Program-made: the position numbers and the translations under genes
The notes under the pieces: generated by a model
Database searches by the model: none
Told to the model about the DNA's origin: nothing
What the model saw: the letters and a program-made list of their open reading frames with translations, nothing else
Part shown: positions 14,116 through 21,391 of the stretch, in pieces
Position numbering within the stretch: position 1 is the first letter of the stretch
Layout: each line of letters opens with the position of its first letter
IMG/VR virus record: IMGVR_UViG_3300033172_000027
Strand: one strand, 5' to 3'
Length of the DNA: 21,391 nucleotides
From: a virus

Positions 14116-14532
14116 ATGGCAAAAGGCGGTCCCGTTGGTGATGAAGAGGAGAAGGCGATCCTCGAAGCTCTGAAGGCCGGCCGGGGGGTCCGGGCTGTCG
14201 CCGCCGAGTTTGATCGAGCGCCCTCTACCATCTCTTCCGTCGCCACCCGCAACGGTCTGGACGTCGCCGAACATGTTTTGATGAAAAAGCGGGACCTGAT
14301 GAGGACGTGTTACAACGCCGAGGCTCGCATCAGGCTTGTGGGGGAGCTGCTGGATAAGGCGCGGTCCATGCTGAAGACCTGCGACAGCTCAAGAGACCTT
14401 CAGTATCTCGCAACCTCGATAGCGATCGGCATCGATAAGCGGCGGCTCGAAGAGGCGACCGACCCGTCGGCGAGGGGCGGGGAGATCCGGATCCTCTTCG
14501 AGACGATGGGGGGCGAGGAGGTGGAGACTTGA
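14116..14532 (+). CDS. HTH protein, putative terminase small subunit (unit B variant)
   Basis: About 70% identical to 51-464 (hand count 98/138). Start set at ATG 14116 by alignment. Confidence 0.65.
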   Translation: MAKGGPVGDEEEKAILEALKAGRGVRAVAAEFDRAPSTISSVATRNGLDVAEHVLMKKRDLMRTCYNAEARIRLVGELLDKARSMLKTCDSSRDLQYLATSIAIGIDKRRLEEATDPSARGGEIRILFETMGGEEVET

Positions 14533-15761
14533 GCTTCCAAGTTCCTGTGGGGAAGCAGAGGGACTTCTGTCTCGGCTCCGATGCGAGGATCAATATCGCT
14601 CATGGGGCGGTGAGGTCTGCGAAGACCGTCGGGGCCAACGTCCGATGGCTTCGGGCCGTCCTGGAGGCGCCGGCGGGTGTCAACCTCCTGATGGCCGGGA
14701 AGACCCTCTTCTCCCTGGAGCGCAACGTCCTCTCACCCATCGCTCGGCTCGTCGGCTCGAATAACTTCGACTATAAGAGGTCCCTCAAGACGGCCTACAT
14801 CTACGGCCGGCCCATCATGGTGGAGGGCGGGAACGATGAGGCGGCCTATTCGAAGATCGCAGGCCTCACCCTGGGGGGAGCCTACGTCGACGAGGGCTCC
14901 CTCGTCCCTGAGTCCTTCACCAACATGCTCATAACCCGCCTCTCCGAGCCCGGAGCTCAACTCTTCCTCACCACGAACCCCGGCCCCCCCGCTCACTACC
15001 TCAAGAAGCGATGGATCGATCGAGAGGAGGAGCTCGACCTCAAGGCCTGGCATTTCACGCTCGAAGATAACCCCTGGCTGGACTGGTATTATATCGAGGA
15101 GCTCAAGCGCCAGTTTGGCCCCCCGTCCAGCCTCTTCTATCAGAGGTACGTTCTCGGCTTGTGGGTGATGGCCGAGGGGGCGGTCTATCGCAACTTCGAC
15201 CGGGACCTTCACGTCGTCCCCTCCCTCCCCGACGAGAGGATGGAGGAGATGAGGGTCGCCGTCGATCCTGGGGCAACCCATCCGAGCGCGTTTTTGAAAG
15301 CTGTTAGGATCGGCGAGACGTGGTACGTCTTCGGCGAGTATCGGAAGGCCGACAAGTCCCCGGCTGAGGTATCGAAGGACCTTAAGAGGTTCCTCGACGG
15401 GATGCACCCCTCATCGATCGACGTCGACCCGGCGGCGAAGGCTCACCGGCTCCAGTTCATCGGCGACGGTATCGAGGGGGTCCAGCAGGCCGATAACGAC
15501 GTCCTCAACGGCATCCAGCGGGTCATCTCGGCGTTCAATCAAGGATGGCTCAAGCTTGTGGGGCCGGCTACTCCCATGCTCCAGGAGGAGCTGGAGGGTT
15601 ACAGATGGGATCCGAAGGCGACGGAACGGGGCGAGGACGCCCCCATTAAAGAGGGCGACGACCTCGTCGACGCCCTTCGATACCTGGTTAATAGGATCAG
15701 CAAGAGCCGCCGGCTTACTCCTCCGACGGCGAGACGAGAGAGGGGGAGGATCAGATCATGA
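14529..15761 (+). CDS. terL: Terminase large subunit (unit B)
   Basis: Same motifs and length as 461-1693; differences are clustered in the ATPase half. Confidence 0.92.
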   Translation: MSFQVPVGKQRDFCLGSDARINIAHGAVRSAKTVGANVRWLRAVLEAPAGVNLLMAGKTLFSLERNVLSPIARLVGSNNFDYKRSLKTAYIYGRPIMVEGGNDEAAYSKIAGLTLGGAYVDEGSLVPESFTNMLITRLSEPGAQLFLTTNPGPPAHYLKKRWIDREEELDLKAWHFTLEDNPWLDWYYIEELKRQFGPPSSLFYQRYVLGLWVMAEGAVYRNFDRDLHVVPSLPDERMEEMRVAVDPGATHPSAFLKAVRIGETWYVFGEYRKADKSPAEVSKDLKRFLDGMHPSSIDVDPAAKAHRLQFIGDGIEGVQQADNDVLNGIQRVISAFNQGWLKLVGPATPMLQEELEGYRWDPKATERGEDAPIKEGDDLVDALRYLVNRISKSRRLTPPTARRERGRIRS

Positions 15762-17134
15762 CTTCGACCGTACATACTGACTTAAGCTTCCTCGGACCGG
15801 GGCGAAAATGGCCCCCAACAGAGGATAAAGCGCGGCTGGACCGATACGCAATTAACCGCCTCCTCCTGGAAGGAGACCACGATCTCATCTTCACCAGCCT
15901 GAATGAGGACGACGCCCCCCGGATCGTCAAGATGAGGGTCAACTGGTTCAAGCGGATCATGACCCTCTTCTCCGACCTGGCTGTGGGGAACCCTCCGGCG
16001 ATCAGAGCCGACGAGCCGCAACAGCCCAACCTCGACCGGGTCGTTGAGGGTAACTCCCTCTCCCTCACGGCCTACGACCTCTTCTCCGACCTCATAGCCT
16101 TCGGCGACGGGGTCCTCAAGGTCCGATGGAACGGGGGCCGGGGTGTCATCTCCAGGATCGACCCTCGGCTCTGGTTCCCGGTCGTCGACCCCGACGACGT
16201 CGGGACCTTTGCGGCTCACGTCCTGGCCTGGGAGATCGTCGAGGGCGACGAGAAGTACGTCAAGGCCGAGATCCACCTCGCCGGAAGGATAGAGCACCGT
16301 CTCCTCAAGCTCAACGCCGCCGGCGACGAGATCCTCGGAGCCGTCCCTCTCGCCACGATCGAGAGGTACTCGACCCTGAAGGACTCGGAGGAGACGGGCG
16401 TCCCCGGCTTCCTGGTGGTCCCCTTTTCCAACCTGAAGAGCGGCGACGGCGTCTTCGGGCTGGACGACTTCAAGGGCATAACTGACCTTGTGGAGGAGGT
16501 CGAGCGGCGGCTGATCAAGATCTCCGGGACCCTGGACGTCTTCTCTGACCCCTGGATGGCGGGACCCCCGGGACTGAGGATCAAGGACCCTGTGACGGGC
16601 GAGGTAGTTTGGGCTTCCGACGAGAAGTACATCGCCCTTAACGAAGGCGAGTCCCCGCCCTCAATCCTCACGTGGGATGCTCAGATGGGGGCGACGTTCT
16701 CCCACATCGAGGAGGTCCTCGGCCAACTGTACGTGATGGCCGAGCTGTCGCCGGCGGCCTTCGGCGAGACGAAGTCCGGGCTCGCCGAGTCGGGATCCGC
16801 CCTCAAGAGGCTGATGCTCCCCACCCTGGCGAAGGTCAACCGGCTCCGGCTCCGGATCAAACCGGGGCTTCTCACCGTCCTGGTGACGACCGCCGAGCTC
16901 GAAAAGGCTTCCAGGATGCCGGGGGCGACGTCCCTCGACAACCTCACTATCGAATGGAGGGAGAACCTCCCCACCGACCCCCTGGAGGCGGCGAAGGTGG
17001 AGGCGACAAGACGGGGAGCGAGAGCCACCTCGACGTGGGGGTCCCTATCCAGGCTCGACCCCGACGCCACCGAGAAGGACCTCGAAGCCGAGGAGGCGAG
17101 GATCAAGGAGGAGGAGGCCGTCCTCCCTCCCTAA
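15758..17134 (+). CDS. Portal protein (unit B)
   Basis: Translation identical to 1690-3066. Confidence 0.85.
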   Translation: MTSTVHTDLSFLGPGRKWPPTEDKARLDRYAINRLLLEGDHDLIFTSLNEDDAPRIVKMRVNWFKRIMTLFSDLAVGNPPAIRADEPQQPNLDRVVEGNSLSLTAYDLFSDLIAFGDGVLKVRWNGGRGVISRIDPRLWFPVVDPDDVGTFAAHVLAWEIVEGDEKYVKAEIHLAGRIEHRLLKLNAAGDEILGAVPLATIERYSTLKDSEETGVPGFLVVPFSNLKSGDGVFGLDDFKGITDLVEEVERRLIKISGTLDVFSDPWMAGPPGLRIKDPVTGEVVWASDEKYIALNEGESPPSILTWDAQMGATFSHIEEVLGQLYVMAELSPAAFGETKSGLAESGSALKRLMLPTLAKVNRLRLRIKPGLLTVLVTTAELEKASRMPGATSLDNLTIEWRENLPTDPLEAAKVEATRRGARATSTWGSLSRLDPDATEKDLEAEEARIKEEEAVLPP

Positions 17135-17224
17135 TTTATCACAAAAAGGACAAACCTTTAAATACTATACCAGTGAATATAGACAATAAGGCAAACGAAG
17201 GCCGCAAACTTCGGAGATTCGAAA

Positions 17225-17659
17225 ATGTCCAGTGATGATGAAAAGAAGTTCACGCAGGCAGACGTGGACCGGATAGTCCAGGAACGGATAGCCCGTGAGA
17301 AGGCGAAATACGCCGACTATGACGAGATCAAGGCCGAAAATGAGGACCTGAAGGCCAAGATCGCCGAGAACGAATCCGCCACCCTGGAAAATCTAAAGCA
17401 GAAGGTCGTCACCGACCTCAAGCTCCCCCCCTCCCTGGCGGGACGACTCCAGGGCGCGACGGAGGAGGAGCTGAAGGCAGACGGCGCCAAGCTGCTGAAA
17501 GAACTCGGTCCCCGCGAGCCTGTGGGTGGTGGGGGGCAACCTCCGGGCGACGTGAAGAAACCGTTAACCCGTGAGGCTGTCAAGAAGATGACCCCCGACC
17601 AAATCATCGCAAACATGGACCAGATCAAGGCCCAAATGAAAGAGGGCTCACTGAGGTAA
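17225..17659 (+). CDS. Scaffolding protein (unit B)
   Basis: Translation identical to 3157-3591. Confidence 0.8.
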   Translation: MSSDDEKKFTQADVDRIVQERIAREKAKYADYDEIKAENEDLKAKIAENESATLENLKQKVVTDLKLPPSLAGRLQGATEEELKADGAKLLKELGPREPVGGGGQPPGDVKKPLTREAVKKMTPDQIIANMDQIKAQMKEGSLR

Positions 17660-17664
17660 GATAG

Positions 17665-18519
17665 ATGGCAATAACGAATTTCATAGGCGAGGTTTGGGCG
17701 GCCCAAATCCTCCAGGCTCTCCAGAAGGCCCTGGTTTACGGACAGGCCGGAGTGATCAACCGGGACTACGAAGGCGACATCAAGGGGAAGGGCGACACGG
17801 TGAGGATCACCGCCCACGGCCCGATAACGATCGACAACTACGACAAGAGCACCGGCCTCTCCGATCCTGAGGAGCTGGACGACGCCTCCACCACCCTGGA
17901 GATCACTCAGGCCAAATCCTTCAACTTCCGGATCGAGGACGTCGACAAGGCGCAGATGAACGTGAAGCTGATGGAGAGCGCCACCAGAGACGCGGCCTAT
18001 CGGCTCGCCGAGGTCGCCGACGAGTACATCGCAGGGATCATGGCCGCTCAGGCCGGCTCTGCTGTGGGGGCTGACGGGTCCGACAAGATCTTCGACGGAA
18101 CGACCGACCTGGTGTCCGAGGAGCTCCTGGAGGTCAAACAGAAGCTCGATGAGGCCAATGTCCCCTTTGAGGGCCGATGGATCATCATCCCGCCCTGGGT
18201 GACGAAGTGGCTTCTCCAGGAGGACGCCGTGAATCTCCCCATGTGGTCTGCTGTGGAGGGAGTGATGAAGAACGGTCAGATAGGCCGCCTTTACGGCTTC
18301 GACATCCTCCAGTCCAACAACGTACCGAACACGGCGGGCGACCACTACAAGGTCCTGGCTGGTGTCAGCAGGGCGACGACCTTCGCCGACTCTGTGAACG
18401 AGACCGAGGCTTACAGGCCTGACAAGTTCTTCGCCGACGCCCTCCGGGGCCTTCACTGCTACGGCGCGAAGGTCATCGATCCTGAATGTCTCTGCGTTCT
18501 GACTTGTGCTCCGAGCTGA
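17665..18519 (+). CDS. Major capsid protein (unit B)
   Basis: 284 aa; identical 5' part and a few conservative substitutions in the 3' half relative to 3597-4451. Confidence 0.88.
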   Translation: MAITNFIGEVWAAQILQALQKALVYGQAGVINRDYEGDIKGKGDTVRITAHGPITIDNYDKSTGLSDPEELDDASTTLEITQAKSFNFRIEDVDKAQMNVKLMESATRDAAYRLAEVADEYIAGIMAAQAGSAVGADGSDKIFDGTTDLVSEELLEVKQKLDEANVPFEGRWIIIPPWVTKWLLQEDAVNLPMWSAVEGVMKNGQIGRLYGFDILQSNNVPNTAGDHYKVLAGVSRATTFADSVNETEAYRPDKFFADALRGLHCYGAKVIDPECLCVLTCAPS

Positions 18520-18530
18520 GGTGGTGAAAA

Positions 18531-18914
18531 ATGGCAACCAGATCCGAAATTACCGTAAACGAGCTTAACGGCGCATGGGCCGACAGAGCGGCACCCGACG
18601 CGATCGACAAGTCCAACCATCACTACATCGCCGCCGGGGCCAACTTCAAGAGGCTGCTGATCCTCGTCCACATCTCGGCGGGAACGGGAACCGGCGGCGC
18701 GGTGACTCTGAAGGCCGGAACCGCTCACCCTGCCTTTAGGCGAGGTCTCGGCGACCTTGTGAGAGGCGACGACGTGGTCGCCAACGATGAGTTCTGTATC
18801 GGACCCATTGAGACGGCTCGATACCTCCAGGCAGACGGAACGATCCACATCGACATAACCGACACGACCGGGACGAACATCGCCGGGACGATCGAGGCCT
18901 ACGCTCTGCCTTGA
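18531..18914 (+). CDS. Probable capsid decoration protein (unit B)
   Basis: Homologue of 4463-4843; the N-terminal ~35 aa differ and the remainder is identical in translation. Confidence 0.55.
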   Translation: MATRSEITVNELNGAWADRAAPDAIDKSNHHYIAAGANFKRLLILVHISAGTGTGGAVTLKAGTAHPAFRRGLGDLVRGDDVVANDEFCIGPIETARYLQADGTIHIDITDTTGTNIAGTIEAYALP

Positions 18915-19019
18915 AACATCACGCTGGTCAGCGTTAGCCATAGGGGGAAGCCTCAAAAGGGCTCGCACCTAGGCCCGTTCCCCTGGGCTTCCCCCACAAA
19001 CCTCGAAGGGTACGATTCT

Positions 19020-19499
19020 ATGACTGAATATGTCACTTCTGAAGAGATGGACGCCTACGCGGCCGACAGACCCGACTCCTCGGCCTGGACCGGCGCCACC
19101 GAGGCGGATCAAGAGGACGCCCTAAAATACTCCTCCTCCCTTGTGGACTCTCTTCTATTCGTGGGCCGGAAGTACGACACCTCCCAGGCTCTCCAGTGGC
19201 CACGACTGATTAAGGTCCGGGGCGGCTGGACGGTCGAGAGGGACGCCGAAGGGGACGTCTGCATCCCTCAAGCGATCAAAGATGCAGTCTGCGAGGAGAT
19301 CCTGGCGAGACTATCCCCCACAGGCGACGAGAGAAGAGCCCTCCAGGCCGACGGGGTCAAGTCCTTCAGGCTAGGCGACCTCTCCGAGACCTACGGCGAC
19401 GATCTACGGGGAGGCGGGATCAAGGGGACCCCGCTCATATCCTGGACGGCTTACAGGCTGCTGGAGCCCTATCTGGCGAAGGGGGCGCGAGCGGGATGA
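19020..19499 (+). CDS. Head-completion protein 1 (unit B)
   Basis: Homologue of 4948-5427, with differences concentrated near the C-terminus. Confidence 0.7.
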   Translation: MTEYVTSEEMDAYAADRPDSSAWTGATEADQEDALKYSSSLVDSLLFVGRKYDTSQALQWPRLIKVRGGWTVERDAEGDVCIPQAIKDAVCEEILARLSPTGDERRALQADGVKSFRLGDLSETYGDDLRGGGIKGTPLISWTAYRLLEPYLAKGARAG

Positions 19500-20110
19500 G
19501 CCTGATCTCCGGCTACCTCAACCAGACCGCCAGATATTACGCTTCGGGCGAGTTCTACAACGGACCAGCTCTCGCAACCCTCCCCCTGGCCGTGATCGAT
19601 CTCGGCGTGGATTTTCTAGTCAAGGTTGTGCGAAGCTGGAACTCCGGGGATAGATACGCCGATCTGGTGGGGACCCGCGACGGTAGCCCTGTGAGTGAGC
19701 GCCTATCCTTCTCCGGGATGTACGGGACTCTTGAAAAAATAAGCTCTAAATGGTTTGACACCCTGACGGCCGTCACCACGAATATGGGAGGGGACGCCGA
19801 GCAATACCTCCGAGTTGTGGGGGTCGACGGCGACGAGAACGAGCTGGGAGCATGGGTCGACTTCCCATGTAGATGGGAAGATAAGACGTCTCATTACCTG
19901 AAGGTAACCGACGATCACCACAGCCAGCTTATAGCCCTATCTGATGCGAAGGTGTTTTGCGAGATCCCTCTCGCCGATGGTCATCTCGTCCGGCGTGTCG
20001 TCGGTGGGGTCCCCGGAACCATTTATGAGGTTAAAAAGGTCCGACCTGCTGAAGGCCTCGAAGGGAACGAAGAGTATCGTCTATTGCTCCTGGGCGGCGT
20101 GGGGGAGTGA
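19496..20110 (+). CDS. Head-completion protein 2 (unit B variant)
   Basis: Homologue of 5424-6050, only about 55% identical by hand alignment. Confidence 0.5.
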   Translation: MSLISGYLNQTARYYASGEFYNGPALATLPLAVIDLGVDFLVKVVRSWNSGDRYADLVGTRDGSPVSERLSFSGMYGTLEKISSKWFDTLTAVTTNMGGDAEQYLRVVGVDGDENELGAWVDFPCRWEDKTSHYLKVTDDHHSQLIALSDAKVFCEIPLADGHLVRRVVGGVPGTIYEVKKVRPAEGLEGNEEYRLLLLGGVGE

Positions 20111-20884
20111 GTGACTCGCCAGACCCGGAAGATCGGGGACAAGTGGGCGAGGACGATCTCCGAGGCCTTCCTGAAGTGGCAGAGGGAGGTAGAGATCGAC
20201 GGCCGAAAGAACATCCCGGCGACGACCTTCGACCCCTCTCCTTTCATCGAGGCCGCATTTTACGAGGGCGGCGAGGCTCAGCTCGAAGAGATCGGGAAGC
20301 TTGTGGGGATAGGCGTCAAATTCGATCTACGAAACCCTGAGACAGCGGCCTGGATCATGAAATATGGAGCGGCCGAGGTTAAGTACATCGACGAGACGGC
20401 GAAGGCTACTATCAGAGATATCGTCCTCCGGGGCCAGACTGAGGGCCTAACCCCCACAGCTCAGGCGAAGCTGATCAAAGACCATATCGGACTCCTCCCC
20501 CGCCAGCTCCGAGCCCTGGAGACCTTCGAGGAGGGGCTTGTGGGGATGAATGAAGCCGCGAAAGCGAAGGCGGTCGAGAAGTACCGCAATAGACTTCTGA
20601 GACAGAGAGCGATGACCATATCGCTTACGGAAGGTCACAGGGCGGCCAACGAAGGATATCGAGCGGCCAACAGGGACGCGGTGAAGAGGGGCATCCTCGA
20701 CCCCGACGAATGGGAGAGAGCATGGCTCGGAACCCACGATGGCCGGATGTGCTCCATCTGCGAGGGGCTTGTGGATGCGAGGGCGGATCTCCCCGACGGT
20801 CAGTTTGATAGAGGGGGAGGAGGCGGGCCAATTAAGCACCCGAAATGCCGTTGCTGCGAGATCCTGGTCCGGAAGGTCGCATAA
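20111..20884 (+). CDS. MuF/SPP1 gp7-like protein (unit B)
   Basis: Nearly identical to 6047-6823 apart from the N-terminus. Confidence 0.82.
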   Translation: MTRQTRKIGDKWARTISEAFLKWQREVEIDGRKNIPATTFDPSPFIEAAFYEGGEAQLEEIGKLVGIGVKFDLRNPETAAWIMKYGAAEVKYIDETAKATIRDIVLRGQTEGLTPTAQAKLIKDHIGLLPRQLRALETFEEGLVGMNEAAKAKAVEKYRNRLLRQRAMTISLTEGHRAANEGYRAANRDAVKRGILDPDEWERAWLGTHDGRMCSICEGLVDARADLPDGQFDRGGGGGPIKHPKCRCCEILVRKVA

Positions 20885-20986
20885 CTGGTCATCAACACCG
20901 CAACAATTCTATTCTCACCATTTTATAAGCACCGTTTCGACCTGTAAAACCTCCTCTTTGTGGGTGAAATCAGCATCCATCGGGCT

Positions 20987-21389
20987 GTCTTATGTAAGCT
21001 GTCTTATGTAAGGAATCTATATATACCATCCCTTACATAAGACAACCCATGGACGCGGTTAAGGACCCCACAACGGGGAGGTTGTACAAACAAGAGATCT
21101 CCCTCTGTGGGAAGGAGCGGTGCAAGAAGTGCGAGCGAGGTGATGGACACGGCCCCTATTGGTATGCCTACTGGTGGGAGGGGGGGAAGACCCGGAAAAA
21201 GTACATCGGGAAGACCCTTCCGGCGAGCCTTACACAAGACAACTTACAAAAGACAGAAGTCCTTACACAAGACAGCGAAGAGTCTTATGTAAGACCCTTA
21301 CCTAAGACAGATACCTTACATAAGACAACGGGCCTTACACAAGACAAAGCCTTACCTAAGACAGCAGGGAAAGGGGCCTTACCTAAGAC
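20987..21389. repeat. Unit B array of CTTAC-NN-AAGAC (NN = AT, AC, CT, AA), at least 12 copies
   Basis: Reverse at 20987, 21001, 21282; forward at 21032, 21229, 21243, 21262, 21297, 21315, 21334, 21351, 21378. A TATA-like TATATATA lies between 21012 and 21032. Confidence 0.95.
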
Positions 21390-21391
21390 AG
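21049..21391 (+). CDS. DUF6788-like repeat gene of unit B (3'-truncated by the window; missing from the ORF track)
   Basis: My translation from ATG 21049: MDAVKDPTTGRLYKQEISLCGKERCKKCERGDGHGPYWYAYWWEGGKTRKKYIGKTLPASLTQDNLQKTEVLTQD..., open to the window end and clearly homologous to 7274-7840. Confidence 0.85.
   Translation, partial: MDAVKDPTTGRLYKQEISLCGKERCKKCERGDGHGPYWYAYWWEGGKTRKKYIGKTLPASLTQDNLQKTEVLTQDSEESYVRPLPKTDTLHKTTGLTQDKALPKTAGKGALPKT

Larger units (their letters stand above)
14066..21391. mobile_element. Repeat period B (partial, truncated by the window end); diverged mosaic copy of A
   Basis: Same gene order as 1-7600 at an offset of about 14.07 kb. It lacks the HNH gene and has a different variant of the 12-bp repeat gene. 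Confidence 0.9.

Overview
The window holds about 1.5 tandem, head-to-tail copies of a ~14.07-kb virus-like element. Unit A spans 1-14065 as cut by the window. Unit B runs from 14066 off the right edge, with an offset of 14,065-14,072 bp across the shared head genes. TATA-box promoters, GAGGT(G) ribosome-binding sites and gene style point to an archaeal host; a GC-rich methanogen such as Methanothrix/Methanosarcinales is an inference, not something shown. One repeat period encodes: an HTH protein in the small-terminase position, a PBSX-type large terminase, SPP1-like portal, scaffold, HK97-fold major capsid, a probable decoration protein, two head-completion proteins, a MuF/gp7 protein, an optional HNH nuclease, a Cys/His (DUF6788-like)-wHTH protein whose gene is filled with a 12-bp DNA motif, AT-richer cargo (NYN nuclease, membrane protein, exported HEAT protein), an RHH regulator, and a ~1010-aa primase-SF3 helicase with an origin-like repeat array in its 3' end. 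I recognise no tail, tape-measure, lysis or integrase gene in the full period. The best overall reading is a tail-less, capsid-forming satellite (analogous to bacterial cf-PICIs) kept as a mosaic tandem array. The copies share a ~2.85-kb tract with no visible difference. They diverge in the TerS-like DNA-binding region, the second head-completion protein and the 12-bp motif gene, and an HNH gene is precisely present in A and absent in B. All family calls come from motif recognition by eye, and identities are hand counts.
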